The notes under the pieces were generated by a model. That model made no database searches, was not told the DNA's origin, and saw only the letters and a list, made by a program, of their open reading frames with translations. The position numbers and the translations under genes are program-made. This document shows, one piece after another, positions 11,814 to 24,472 of a stretch of 64,000 bases of DNA (positions are counted from its first letter, which is position 1; each line of letters starts with the position of its first letter). Source of the DNA: Alloascoidea hylecoeti (Eukaryota); contig BCKZ01000008.1 of NCBI GenBank assembly GCA_001600815.1, positions 961,885 to 1,025,884 on the forward strand. Direction: 5' to 3'.

Positions 11814-13149
11814 AAATTCAGAAGTAACATTCCATATGTGTACAAATAAAAAATAAAATCCTTTAAAAAATTTTGCTTCAAAAAAATTCCCTTTGATTTC
11901 CCTTTTTTGTAAGATCAAATATAATACTTGTTTATTAGTCTAAACAATATATGATAAATAATAAGTATGAAATCAATACCAAATAATATAATATTATATT
12001 TGTGGAATAAGTTGAATGGTTGAAGATCTGACGAGTTGTTGCTGTTTTTCCGAAGTGAAGAAAATTAATATGGGCAGGGTAAGCATTATACAAACACCCA
12101 TGCACCTACGGCATTGTTGTTGCAATTGAGATTACATGCTTAATGGGATATAATTAAATATTAACCTTAACTTCAAACTAAAAAGTAAGAAAAGAAAATC
12201 CAAACTTTTTAATTTAAAATTCTCATTCTTGTTAAAACAGGATTCTTTGGTCATCAGATTGTTAGACGCTCATCATAAATTACGATTATTGATTATTGAT
12301 TATGGTCACGGGTTAACAGTGAAACATTCATAATATTCATGTAATATATACCGTCATTTATTTGTACAAGGAAGCCCTGTTGATGTGTTATAATTTTTCA
12401 TTTAAATTTTTTAACATTGAAAGTTTTCAAAATTAGTACCCATTGAATTATAATTATTCACAATTATAATGAGGCTTATACACATTCTGATTATAATTTG
12501 GCAGGAATACAAAATATACAACTTTTTTTAGAAATATAATATTAATAAGATTGAAAATTCGGATCTAATGGTCATATATGATAAGTTTTATATATAGATT
12601 TGCGTAATATATAGTATTAAAATTTGATTGATGATCTATAAATAAATTAATATTTCAATGATTGTTGATGTGAACTCCAGTGAGGTGAGGTGAATCACCT
12701 ACAGATGATTAAAGACACATATGATATATATGAGTTATGCAATTTTAATGCTTGAACAAATAATCCTCTTATACGCCTGCTATCGGTCAATGCCACTATC
12801 CGCAATCCGTGATCCTAGTTCTACTCCTTGATATAACACATAAATCGAAAAAAGTTATGAAAGATTATATGAAAAATATGCTAAATTTAAACTTGATATG
12901 ACTGCAACTTTGTACATGCAAGAATACAGTATCGTAAAACGGTTCTAAATTCTAATTATAGATTTGGCAGGCATAATACCTTATGCACACAAAGTTCACA
13001 AACACAAAAAAAAAAAAAAACATTTCATTCATTAATTTAATTAATTAGTACATAACAAACCAAAACAATTACAAAACAATTACAAAACAAAACCAATTAC
13101 CGTTGTTCTCATAATAATGTATAAATATATATATAGGTAAGTTGTATAA

Positions 13150-14460
13150 TTAACAGTTTATGATGATTTGAGGTTGTAAAATATGATCTTCTTCATTTTT
13201 TAATGCTACTTTTGTTGTATCTAATCGTAATGATTGCTGCTGTTGTTTTCTAAATCTTTGAGATGGCGAGCGGTATATCCGTGGCTTTCTAATCTGTGTA
13301 TGCTGTTGTTTTATACTGTTTGAAGTAGGTGGTAATAATACCGATCCATGACGCCTAGTATGTAAATTTGCATTCCTATTCATAGATATCGGTAGATCTT
13401 TCACCTCAACATTTACATTAGAATTATCATGATCAACCTCGATGTTTGGATTCGATAGACTTCGAGGCAACAAAATCGGTATTTGATCATTTGATTCAAT
13501 ATCAGATGAATTTTCTCTTTCTTCTCCTATATTGAAACTTGATCGTAATGGGCTACTCGTTGTACATCGTGCTTCAAACACGTCTTCTTCATCTTCGCTG
13601 TATTCATGTTCCACTTCAAACGCCGTTTCACTTTCATTTTCATTTCTATTATCATCTTCAAACTTATCTTCGTAAACATTTCTATTCTGTGTAAAACGCC
13701 CCCATTCCATAAGTTGAAATACCAACATCATATTTGGTCCAATTTCAGGAGCCTTTTCTTTAACAAAAGTATAAGCTTCATTTAAGCCCCATTTGTTGAT
13801 CTTCATTATATATGCTATTATTAGTGATGCTGATCTTGAAACACCACACTGACAATGAACCAATACTTTTTTATCCGCGTCTAGCGATTTTGAAATTAAC
13901 TCTGTTAAATATGGTAGTGATGATATGATTTTTGAATTATGATCCCAAGGTATATGATAATATTCAATATCGTCAAATGTTGTAGTTGTGGTTAATAAAG
14001 GGGAAGTGACTTCAGTTGCGACGTTTATAATAACATCATAATCCATTATTTCATTTAAACTTGGTTCATTATAAAGATGTAAATTTTTCAGGATTTCGGC
14101 CGGACCATTTGGATAAGCATTTTCTATATAATCGTCGTTGTGATCAGTTGGATCATACATGTAGGAGGCCTGTGTGACCATAGGTGAATATACAATCTGT
14201 GGCTGGATTTTTTGAGTGGAAATTATTGGAGTAGAGCATGATGAATCGATGGTGCTCGTGTCATGATCGTTATAGCTACTTGACGAGCAACTTGTAGCGG
14301 CACTTAATAGCCCTAAGCTGTTGATTTGATTTGTGGATACGGAAGAAGGCAATTCGCGGGTGGGACTGGTGGCCAGAGAGGTATTTAAGGAGAGAATCTT
14401 CCTATGATTAGCGGCGGTGTGTAGCTGAGGAACGCCAGAAAAAGGAGGAGTCACAAACAT
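13150..14460 (-). CDS. MSG5: MAPK dual-specificity phosphatase (Msg5/Sdp1/Cpp1 family); likely ATG 14460
   Basis: AYPNGP, LYNEP, YYHIPWDH, VLVHCQCGVSRSASLIIAYIMK, and I.PNM.L.FQLMEW. Confidence 0.82.
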   Translation of the reverse strand: MFVTPPFSGVPQLHTAANHRKILSLNTSLATSPTRELPSSVSTNQINSLGLLSAATSCSSSSYNDHDTSTIDSSCSTPIISTQKIQPQIVYSPMVTQASYMYDPTDHNDDYIENAYPNGPAEILKNLHLYNEPSLNEIMDYDVIINVATEVTSPLLTTTTTFDDIEYYHIPWDHNSKIISSLPYLTELISKSLDADKKVLVHCQCGVSRSASLIIAYIMKINKWGLNEAYTFVKEKAPEIGPNMMLVFQLMEWGRFTQNRNVYEDKFEDDNRNENESETAFEVEHEYSEDEEDVFEARCTTSSPLRSSFNIGEERENSSDIESNDQIPILLPRSLSNPNIEVDHDNSNVNVEVKDLPISMNRNANLHTRRHGSVLLPPTSNSIKQQHTQIRKPRIYRSPSQRFRKQQQQSLRLDTTKVALKNEEDHILQPQIIINC

Positions 14461-14661
14461 TTCTTGGTGAAGAGGCAGAAAAGCAGAGAAGGCAAAAAAG
14501 CGAAAAGGTACAAGTCTTATATATATAGAATTGGGCTGGTAGCAAAACATCCACACGCCCTTCTATTTTTACTCGCTGCATCTCTTGATTTGGGGTAAAT
14601 ATGACCGTTTGCGGACCCGTGCAGTGATGCATGGGCCCGGCTAGATCGTGCAAGTCTGTGG

Positions 14662-14671
14662 CTATTTATAG
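14662..14671. promoter_or_regulatory. Rlm1 (MADS-box) consensus site upstream of MSG5-like gene
   Basis: CTATTTATAG matches CTA(W)4TAG, about 200 bp upstream of the ATG. A TATA-like run lies at ~14518-14527. Confidence 0.5.
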
Positions 14672-14864
14672 TATGTGCACCACTGCATCGTGGTGCAGTT
14701 AGGCACCCTCACACACCTACATGCATGTATTCCGATATCGATATCGATTCCTTTTGATATTTGTAATTATATAACATATAACTAATGTTAAATCTTCCTT
14801 CTTCCTCACAATCATCTTGTATACATATAATTACCCAATTGTATGCTCTGTTCGGTTCGTGCGA

Positions 14865-15596
14865 CTATCGGAATGGAGCATCCGCATCCAAGTTAGCTTG
14901 AACCTCAATCTCCCATTTATCTCCATTAGCTAATAGTTTTTCCTTATTATATAACAGCTCTTCTCTCGTGGCTGTCGAATATTCAACATTTGGTGTTTCA
15001 ACAATAGCATCCACAGGGCAAGATTCCTGGCAATATCCACAATAAATACATTTCGTCATATCAATATCATACTTGACCGTACGTCTCGATCCATCAATAC
15101 GTTCTTCGGCTTCAATGGTAATTGCTTGTGCGGGACATATTGCTTCACATAATTTGCAAGCAATACAACGTTCTTCCCCCGATGGATACCTTCTCAACGC
15201 ATGCTCTCCACGAAATCGAGGTCCAATTGGTCCCTTTTCAAAAGGATAATAAATTGTATAGGGTGCTCTGAAAAACATTTCCAAAACAACGTACATTCCT
15301 CTTGCCATCTCAGCCATAAAGAAAAATTTGGTCGCTTTACTTAGGGCTGATTCGGCAGATTCCTCCCACGTTTTAGGTCTTGGAATTCTGAATCCATCAG
15401 GAACTGATGATGATGTTGATCCACCTGTAGCCGAAAATACACCAGTCACAGCTAAAGAATCAGATTTTTCTGATCCCGATGTATTAAAAGATCTGACAGA
15501 AATTTGAGAGCTGATAATTCGGTTTATCTGAACCAATTGCCGACTAACACCAACAGGTCTGGCTGTCTGTCTTAATGTACCTGCAATAAACGACAT
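14865..15596 (-). CDS. NUIM: NADH:ubiquinone oxidoreductase 23-kDa (TYKY/NDUFS8) subunit; ATG 15596
   Basis: [37 protein letters not shown] and [12 protein letters not shown] (2x[4Fe-4S]). Confidence 0.96.
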   Translation of the reverse strand: MSFIAGTLRQTARPVGVSRQLVQINRIISSQISVRSFNTSGSEKSDSLAVTGVFSATGGSTSSSVPDGFRIPRPKTWEESAESALSKATKFFFMAEMARGMYVVLEMFFRAPYTIYYPFEKGPIGPRFRGEHALRRYPSGEERCIACKLCEAICPAQAITIEAEERIDGSRRTVKYDIDMTKCIYCGYCQESCPVDAIVETPNVEYSTATREELLYNKEKLLANGDKWEIEVQANLDADAPFR

Positions 15597-16599
15597 TTTT
15601 ACTCCCACAATCTATAACTTTTTCCCCTCAATATTTAGTTGGTTTAGAAAATTATTTTCTTATGCTGTATAATTAAGAAAATAAACAAATAATAATAAGT
15701 CCCCTTAGAGTACTTTTTGTAGTGGTTGAAGTTTTAGTTTAGCTAAAAAAGATGTTGAATAAACCAGACAAAAAATACACCCTTCTAAACAATTTAAGGT
15801 TGACTAAGAAATCTTACACAAAGTCGTTTAGAGCTACGATGATTGGTTGTTCACTTGAGGTAGGGTAACTATGGGTTACCCCGCCGTAGATTTTATAAAT
15901 AATTAAAGACAAGTAATTGTGTATATCCTGTTAGTAGCGTTTTTATTTCCCAATATTATAAACTTAGGAATCATTTTCATTCATATAATATGCATTTCAC
16001 GTCATTCAAGCTTAGGCCTTTTTAATCTGAAGGTGCATTTTTATAATTAGCCATTTAATATGTTTTATTTTTACTATTTTTACTATTATATTATACACGT
16101 ATGTAACAGCGGCGGTGTATTTACATATTTTTCGGAAGTTTCAAATGATATCATCTTTTTTTCCTGTTAATCATGATATCATATATAATAAAGATTGTTC
16201 TAAATTTGGATTCATTATTAAGTGTCAAATGATCGGTCAGGGAAAGTGCTCCTGATTAATTTTTTCTTTTTATTTATTTGATTCAATTATACAATTGCAA
16301 GCATTGTAGCTGGGCGAAGCCATCATCATCAATTGCATGAGCTTTACTTCTAATATATAGACGCGGTTATAGGGCTCATATAGCTATATTATATTGATCT
16401 TTATAATCAAAATTAGGATCAGTTATTGTTTGGGCTTAAGTATTAAATTGAATATAATAATGGTCAGCAATCTTAAGCCACAACTAACAATTTTGAATTC
16501 AAAAAACATTTCAGTATCATCATACATCGAAGAACTTATAATAAGGGGAAATTCTTAGATCAAGATGGCCCGAGCTCTATTAGGTTGGATCTAACCGCA

Positions 16600-18300
16600 A
16601 TTTAAATTGAATTACTAGGCCAATAACTATAGATGAGATTTGAGACAGATAAATGTGAGGGCGTCACCATCTCACTCAAAAGGGATTGTTCTTGGATAGT
16701 TCATCTTCCGTTTCTCTTCAACTATATTTAAATCTATGCAAATTATTCCTTGATCAATCTCTGTTCTACAAAGGGTAATTATCAGAAACTTGACAATTAG
16801 AAACTTAAATCAAGATTTCAGTTGAATGGTAAACGCCAAAAGTAGACGACTGAACTCATTTAACTACCAGTACCAATAGTTAATCGAGCTCTATCGAGGG
16901 GTAATTGTATTTTTATTAATAGTTAATATTACAAAAATATACTGATACATCCGACCCTGTTGGACTTTCAATTTTTCTGTATTCATTAACATGGCCAGTA
17001 TATTATTTTATACAATTGCATAATCATCACCTATAGCGGCATCCATAGTCATAGAATCTTTTAAGACTATATATATAGTGTTATGTAGGGTAACCTGTAA
17101 AACATGGTTTATATGTCAGAAATGTGTCTCTTGGCCGATATAATGAAATTTCAAAGTGCAAAGAACTTAAAGTTGATTAACTCCACTTTCAATTACGATT
17201 TATCGATATTAATCAGATAATTGTGATCCACTTTTTGTAAGAAAAATGTTAAATTATAAAAATCACATCTTATATATGGTAATCACATTTAATTTCGTAC
17301 AGTTTAATGTAAGATAAGCTTAAGTATAAGTTTAAATTTAGTTTCTTTTTTTAATATTTAAATTAACCATCCATCAATTTATTTATAATCAGTTGATTAA
17401 TTATATACGGGCCTTCTATAACACCATCCTTTACCACTTTAAAGCACAACCTTAACTATTGTGATCGCATTAAGATAAGGCACAACTTCTCCAACATAGG
17501 ATCCAACCAGGTTCAGAAAAACCTAGTTTTAATGACTGGTATAGACTGAGCGTTAATTTGATCAATTTTGAATCTATCGTTCTCAAAAGATTTTTCATCT
17601 AATTCAGTGAGGGTGTTTAGGAATACATATTCGGAAATTGTAAACCTGACATAACCATCTTAACAGGAGCAATAAGCCTAAGTTGTGAATCTGTGATTTG
17701 AAAAAGAAGGAAAAATATATCTGTATTAAAATATTTATTTGGATTTATAGGATTTGAGTTATTTACACATGGAGAATAAAGAACAGTCTACGATTTCATT
17801 TAAATATTCAATATCGCGAGATATCATCAAGATTTAAATTCGTGTTAATGACTTGAGTGTAGTATTATAATTTATATTTTCTCTTGACAATGAAATATAT
17901 TGGTCATAGTTGTCAACAATCTCAACGAGTTTAGTAATATATTCTTGAAATTCATTATGAGCATTTAAAATATTTTTAACTACCAATGTGGAGCGGGAAC
18001 TCAATTATAATTTATGTATTGATACTTACATTTTTATTGCTTACGATAATTTTAAACGGTTTACTAACTTCTTTATACTTTAAAACATTTAAATTAGCAT
18101 TTGGTCCAGTTTCCCGATATATCGATTCAAAAATTCCGAATTTTTTTTTTAATTTTACAGGTCCTATTCATGGACGAAGCCTTACGTTAGTAGACTTCTG
18201 GATAAATCCAGGACCCAGGCACACTAAAAAAAACCCCAGATATTTTCACCGTAAGCACTCTAGTCATGGCTTCTCAGCCAAGATGACAAATGTCTAATAG
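16600..18300 (-). other. Decayed endogenous viral element: SF1 helicase + RdRp of an alpha-like (+)ssRNA virus (Alsuviricetes-like); boundaries approximate
   Basis: Motifs in the correct order on the minus strand across stops and frameshifts: SVPGS (18225-18211), IGKLDQ (18118-18101), LSSRSTLVVKNILN, HNEFQ (17959-17945), QYISLSR (~17902-17882), IDKS* (17207-17193), CFTGYPT-NT (17104-17077), AAIGDD (GDD at 17031-17023) and VYFC (~16942-16931). Confidence 0.55.
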
Positions 18301-18387
18301 TCTTTATTTGGGTGTAATTCCCAAATCTTCTTGTCGCGCAGAACCTAAGTCGACGATTAAGAGTGGTTGTTAATTAGTACGCACCAC

Positions 18388-19380
18388 TTTTTTCATTTTT
18401 AACTTTTCATATATTTTCCGATTAAATTATATAACTAGAAATTATGTAAATTCCAAGGAAATCTCTACTATATATACTTGTAAATAGTGTAATAAAAACC
18501 TTTTTATCATTTCTTTTTATTTTTGTATATTCTTGACACACATCTTTCTTCTCTTCTTATGTACCTTTTTACCTAACAATTTACCTAGACCACCTCAAAA
18601 GTAATTATTTTTTCTTTTTTATTAGATTTTTTTACTTTTAAATTTTTAGATATTAGAATCCCCCAGTCAATCTCATTTAATATTTGTGGTGGTGTCTCTG
18701 AAAATCTAATGTTTTTTCTTAGCTCTAGTGCCTTTTTAATAAAAGCCCCATTTTTTTCTATATGGTTATCTTTTGTATTTATGATCAATAATTTGATCCC
18801 AATTCTATCGCTTCCTAACATCAACTTCTTTAGTATTCTTATGGTTGAGCAATCTTCAAATAGGTGTAATATGTCGTCTTTACCTTGTTGACATAAACTA
18901 CAAATATCAGATTTTTGCCACCATTGTTTTGCTTTTTTGTTATGATGTAGCATATGAGTAACATATCCCAAGCTGAGCAAATGTATCCATTGTGTCTCCT
19001 CAGGGTGTTCCTTATATGTTTCTTTGATAAATCCCCACCATTTCTTCCAATTTTCATTTGTTTGGTTTGAATATAATTTTGTTTCTATTATACCACTTCT
19101 GGCTTATTGATTTAATCGAGTATTTGGATATGTTTTCTTAGTCTTTTATTCTTTTTTCGATAGCTTCTCCTGCTGGGTTTTCCACTAGTTTTTGTAACGC
19201 TTCATTTGTCAATTTTGGTACCGTTTCCGTAGTTGGTATATTTCTTATTTTTGTGTTATTTATTATTATTCTCCACGCTTTCAAGTATATAATTAATCTT
19301 CCTTTAAACTTATTCGGATTTACTGGAAAGAGTACATGATTCCTGTAGATTCTCATGAAAGGTCGAAAACTTTGCAAAAC
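18388..19380 (-). mobile_element. 5'-truncated non-LTR (LINE/L1-like) retrotransposon relic: ORF2 C-terminus, 3' UTR and degenerate A-rich tail
   Basis: Reads NENWKKWWGFIKETYKEHPEETQWIHLLSLGYVTH...CSLCQQGKDDILHLFEDC (zf-RVT-type CCHC knuckle), with in-frame stops and a frameshift near 19060-19140. ORF stop at 18585. A-rich tract (T-rich on +) at 18388-18407. Confidence 0.8.
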
Positions 19381-19388
19381 AGTACAAA

Positions 19389-19471
19389 GGTAATCTGGCC
19401 GAGTTGGTCTAAGGCGTCAGGTTAAGGTCCTGATCTCTTCGGAGGCTAGGGTTCGAATCCCTAGGTTATCA
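19389..19471 (+). tRNA. tRNA-Leu(AAG), intronless
   Basis: Acceptor stem GGTAATC/GGTTATC-A, A-box TGGCCGAGTTGG, anticodon arm TCAGG-TTAAGGT-CCTGA, long variable arm, GTTCGAATCC T-loop, and a T6 terminator at 19476-19481. Confidence 0.95.
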
Positions 19472-21099
19472 TTAATTTTTTGTTAACTCACAAAATACTA
19501 TTGTCCACCCACCGGTCCTGTGCCGCAGCGGTTAAACCTCTAGATCTTGTATGTATCCATTTCAAATTGAAACCTACTGTTACCGTTTAGATATCATTAG
19601 ATCATATCACGATTGAAAAAATAAAAAAAAAAATTAAACTTTCTTCGATAGTGGGTATGTTGAAAAAAGTACGCTTACGTTTTTCGTCCATAATCGGAGT
19701 TCCCTCATGTTAACCCGATAAAGTGCGCGTTCCCAAAAATATTAGGAATAAAAATAAAACAAAATATTTCTCATCTACGCTCTTTTTACTAATATAAGCG
19801 ATTTTTACTTTTAAACAATTGTGGGCAAATCTATTTTTACAATATATATAGATAATACAGTGTATACTATAGCTATCCACTTTTAAGTATTCCCTAACTC
19901 TTTTATCCTTCTTCTTTGGTATACTCTCTGAGTTTATTTATTATTGCGATAAATAGAATTTACCTAAATTGATATGCACAATAGATCTGATAATAAAGAT
20001 AACAACAAGGTTGACGAGATTTATAAAGACCTTAGAACAACAAAGAACGAATCCGTTAAGGATGAAGCCATAAAGGATCACTCTGTTCAATTACTCTTTT
20101 GTTTCTACTATTATAATTAGATATTGTTTTGCTTATATAAACTCATCGGTAGCGCGACCTGTTGAAGACGGAATTCGAACCTGACTATGCACATATGCAT
20201 ATGCATAAGATTCACATACAGTTGAATGCATAGAATCGCAATAGTACATAGAAGAAAGTAGAGATCCATAGAATCGGCACATCGCCAATTAAGTAAGTTT
20301 TGGGGAATCCGTCAGCTTCATTATTTTGCTTCTTTGAAATTGTATTTTTTTGGTGCCGAAATACAACTATCATTATTTTCTGTCTTTATCTTAAGTCCGG
20401 TTACGTTGTATTCCGACCTCTAGGTTGTCTTGGCCGAGCTGGCAAGCGTAACTCAGGAATAGTGGTCTTTCCATCGTTGTGTTAATCGTGGCGTCTGGAA
20501 AAAAATTATTTTTAGGAATCCTACACATCACAATTTCAAAACAATACTAATGGGGATTTATCACTATGTGTACTTTGTGTTACCGTGTAAGTTTAAAAGG
20601 TAGATAGGAATTCACCCAATGCTCACTTTAACCTTAATGATTTAATTGAACTTATGTATTAACTTATAAGTAGATAAATAATAAAGAAAAAAATATAATC
20701 TATAAAATGAGAATACTCCCTTGTATTTATAATAAAATAATGAAATAATATCTTATTGATATTTATTTCCTAATATGAACATCCAGCTGCGTTCGTTTAC
20801 ATAAATACCTTCTAGCTGAGTTTGTTTACCAGTATGTAAATACCATCTTCAAGCTGTATTTGTTTATTATTATCGTGTTTTCTATTTGTTTTGATTGTTT
20901 ATATGAATGTAAGCTTTGTGTTGTAAATGAATATAAACTTCTTATTATAAGCAAAATATAAACTTCTAATTGTATTAGAATATAAGCTGTTATTATTAAT
21001 TATCATTTGGGACTGTGATAAATTCCCCGACCAGAAAAAGGTTACTTTCGAAAATTATATCATGGACAGTCGTTACAATCAACATGTGGTTGATATTGT

Positions 21100-23320
21100 A
21101 TTGAATTATATTTATGGAGCATGAAGGCTTCAAATATTAACAGATATAATTGGTACACAACAGTTCCAGTATCTGGCCTATATTTCAACCATTAGATATC
21201 TTATCCAATATTTTATATGGTATTGGATTCCATATTTGTAAAAACGAGTTTAATCATTCTTCATGAGTAATATAATTAATTGTCTTCTCTTATAGAAGTA
21301 AGCAATCGATGAGTATATGGATCTCTTGGTATAATATAAATTAATTGATAGTGACTTCCTCAGTAATATGATTAATGTTCTTCTCTTCTTAGGAGTAAAC
21401 AGTTAAAGATTCTTTCTTGGAATTCTGAGATAATATTATAAATTAATCTCTCATAGAAGTAATTGAGGAGTATATCGTCCTCTTGGTTTAATATAAATTA
21501 ATTGGTATGGACCTACTTTTAGTGAAGCAACAATTCAGTAATATATTGCAAACTCACATATCTGTAAATTACTGGCCAGTTAACTTTAGTAGGAGACCAT
21601 AGTTTATAATAAGAACGAAGAAAATAGTGATGGATTTCATCTGACTCTCAGTATCTTCATTAGTCATCGAGTGATAAATATTCCTCATTATTAACAACTA
21701 TCTACAGTGGTGATTTTATTGCAGGATTAGCTGTACTTGTAGCAGCTATTGTCTTAGTTTTGGATGTATCAGGCTCATTATGATGTTTGTCTCTATTGGC
21801 ATTCAATATCGTTTGTTATGAGTGTCCATTTGTTCATGTGGTATCTCATTAATATTGTTGTGCTTAGAGTAATGAGTGTCTGCTCTCAATTCCAGTATCT
21901 CATATATATCATTTTTGATTCTTCGGTTCTATGTAACGAAAAGAAGTTCTACTTGTATTTAATTTGAAATCACAATTTAATAAAGAATGTAATTTTTTAT
22001 TCAAATGATTACCTTTTACAAAATGTTTAGATTGTTTAAGTGAAAGTAATATTTTATGATTGTATATGATCTGTTGTCATTGCAATATATCTTTCTTATA
22101 AAAAATATTTTTTTAAAAATGTTCAATACCATCATAAAAATGTTTTACTGTTTTAAGAGCTTGTAATCTCTACTATTATAATTGATTTTTAGGAGATTGT
22201 AACTTTACTATTATTATTTCTTTTTAGGAGCTTATAACTCTACTTTTGTTTTAATGTCTATTAGACAACTTAATACCGTCTCTTGATCTGTTCCCGCCTA
22301 GGAGTTGAATAATCCTCTGGTTTTGGATAAGCAGATTTCTTTAATTCAGGTATTTGACCATGGAGCTTCTATCATTTCAAGTTTTTTTTCACAGCTCTCA
22401 AATAATTAGTAAAATTCCTTTTATGTATTTTAATTTGGAATCAAAATTTAATAAATAGATTGAAAAATTCGATTCAAACGATTATCTTTCAGGAAAAGCT
22501 TAGATGGTTTAAGTGTAAGTAATGTTTTGATTTGTTGTCACTTCAAAGTCTTTTGTACGAATAAATTTCAAAATGTTCAATCATAATCAAAGTGTTGTAT
22601 TGTTTTTAGGAGATTGTAACTCTACTATTGTTATAATTATTTCTTTACAGGTAATGTTAAGGCAATATTAGGATGCACAACACCAGTATTATTTGGTAAA
22701 GCATCTTGGTTCAGTAATACTTCCTCTTCTTGAACATGTTTTAAGACTTCTAATATTGTTTTTACTTATATTTTTAGTTTATCTTCTTTTATTGTGACCA
22801 AATTTCATAGATTTTTGGGGATGCTGACCACTATTTTTGTGACTAAATCTTTCCAAGCACTAACTATTTCATAAATAAATCTCATGATAAATTTGATTTG
22901 TCGTCGCACCACTTAAATATAAGTAACAAAAGGGTGAGGGTGAACTAACCATACTACAATAACTTTTCTGATAATGAAATAGACTGCAGATCATTTGTTT
23001 GTACCAACTCAATGACCGGTAATTGGAATAAGCAATAGTCCTTTTAACTCAGATACTCATGCTTAACTCTCACTCAAGTTAGGTGTAATGGTCAATCAAA
23101 GATATAATCTTGATATTTTCTAGTAAAAAGGGGTAGTTCGTTTATTAAAAGAATGATACGGTTCGACTTTATCAATAGCTGAGAAGAAAACGTGTGCAAA
23201 TGATGTTATTGTCAAACCTGATTCGATTATATCGTCTAAGTCGTTAGTACAGAGTGAACAGACTGGCGTCGCCATTTCAGCAGCTGATGAAAATGAGTCT
23301 CCTTTCACCTCTTAAATTGG
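21100..23320 (-). pseudogene. Decayed gene with N-terminal RING-like motif and internal repeats; boundaries approximate
   Basis: CSLC..DL...ITSFAHVFF...RTTPFY (23308-23120) resembles a C3HC4 RING with Cys-to-Phe/Tyr decay. Patches of coding-like frame broken by stops continue toward ~21100. Confidence 0.35.
22007..22640 (+). repeat. Diverged ~170-bp direct repeat (22007-22180 vs 22479-22640) plus ~30-bp subrepeats (TTTTAGGAG.TTGTAACT.TACTATT)
   Basis: Blocks TTAGAT.GTTTAAGTG.AAGTAAT, GTTGTCA and AAAATGTTCAAT recur in the same order. Subrepeats occur at ~22150-22250 and ~22603-22630. Confidence 0.65.
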
Positions 23321-23699
23321 TGTTGCCCGAAACAATCATTGTTGGGTGCGGCGACCGATGATACAGTCCCACTCTGGTTTTTATTTATTTACTTAACAAA
23401 TTAGTAGTTTCCAATGTTTTGAGCATTATAGATTAAAGTAAATATTAATAGAACTATATATACAACATTAACAAGATTATTATATAAATTCTTAAATGAT
23501 TATGGAGAATATTATTTGGGTGTTGGTGTAAATTCAGTTAAACCTTACCAGGCTATTCAAACCACTCAAATACAGAATTGGAAAATATCTGATAACATTA
23601 AAATCTCAATTAAAAATCTCAATTAAAGATCAAAAAGAGAAATCAAAAAGGAATTTAATAATCAAACAATTAGATACTTCAATATATTAAACATCCAAA

Positions 23700-24416
23700 A
23701 TAATCAATAATTCATATGCGATGACTTGTTTTCTGGTATTAGGATCCTCAACCATGTTCTATACGGAGAAGCAATGCCCCATTTCCAAAACTAAGCCTAC
23801 ACCTTATAAAGTCTTAGATACCTAGACTTATATTATAAATATTTTGAAATCCAAAGGCCTGGTGTGACTGCCGTCAAGGATATACTTTTCCAGATCAGAT
23901 TCCTATGTGACGACAGAACATTAGTAGTTGAATACCACACTATTCCTGAGACGGCTACAATCCATCTTTACATCTCATCCGTTTGTTCTTCAGATTCAGG
24001 AAAATCCATTCACATACCGAGAATATCATTTTATGTTTTTCACAGAAGATGGTCCTTGATATTCTAATGTTGGACTTTGAAGTCGAATCTCCAAACGAAC
24101 TCAAGGGAGAAACTTTTACAAGCCACAAACTTTGATCTATAGCTCTTTAAAAGTTATTTAGGCTCTTCTTATTAATCGGAAGTTTTGCAGTGGATGAGCT
24201 ATTTGTTTATACGGTGAACCGGGGTTATTCTCTCAGCAATTGAGAAGCCATTTTTATTCAAATTACATATATAAATCCGTTTAATTTATTGATAGTTATT
24301 TTTAAAAATATAATTACTTGAAATCTAGCTTAACTAGAAGAATCCTAGAAGTAATTTTACGTACATTTGGGAAAAAAGGGTTCAAAAATTGGTGTTCCAT
24401 TTTGTGTGCTATGCCT
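23700..24416 (-). mobile_element. Truncated Tc1/mariner relic related to the 46690-47936 element
   Basis: Shares TCAGCAATTGAGAAGCCAT and following sequence (24233-24380 vs 47736-47890) and CTGGTATTAGGA (23733 vs 47206). The end resembles a Tc1 TIR (rc CAGGCATAGCACACAAAATGGAACACC). Confidence 0.6.
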
Positions 24417-24472
24417 GGATACAACGGGGTTTAAAGTTTATTTCCGTTAAAACCATATTAGCGTTTATTTCC

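Noticed and set aside
7999..11856. Several short opposite-strand or shifted ORFs within HOS4
   Set aside because: Shadows of low-complexity coding sequence.
14676..14698. 8-bp-arm palindrome TGCACCAC...GTGGTGCA between MSG5 and NUIM
   Set aside because: Too short to assign a function without conservation data.
16366..16386. TATGAGCCCT on the minus strand resembles the Ty5-type half-tRNA-iMet primer-binding site
   Set aside because: Only 10 nt match, with no convincing LTR or gag next to it.
18120..18200. RLRP*IGPVKL on the minus strand resembles the Ty3/gypsy integrase GPY/F motif
   Set aside because: Isolated match with no other gypsy features. The surrounding ordered helicase-like motifs fit the viral interpretation better, but it remains the alternative to test.
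17986..18297. 103-aa plus-strand ORF
   Set aside because: Hydrophobic, no family features, and antisense to the putative viral relic.
20578..21084. AT-rich segment with TG...CA ends that looks like a solo LTR
   Set aside because: No matching target-site duplication for any end pair tried, and no second copy in the window.
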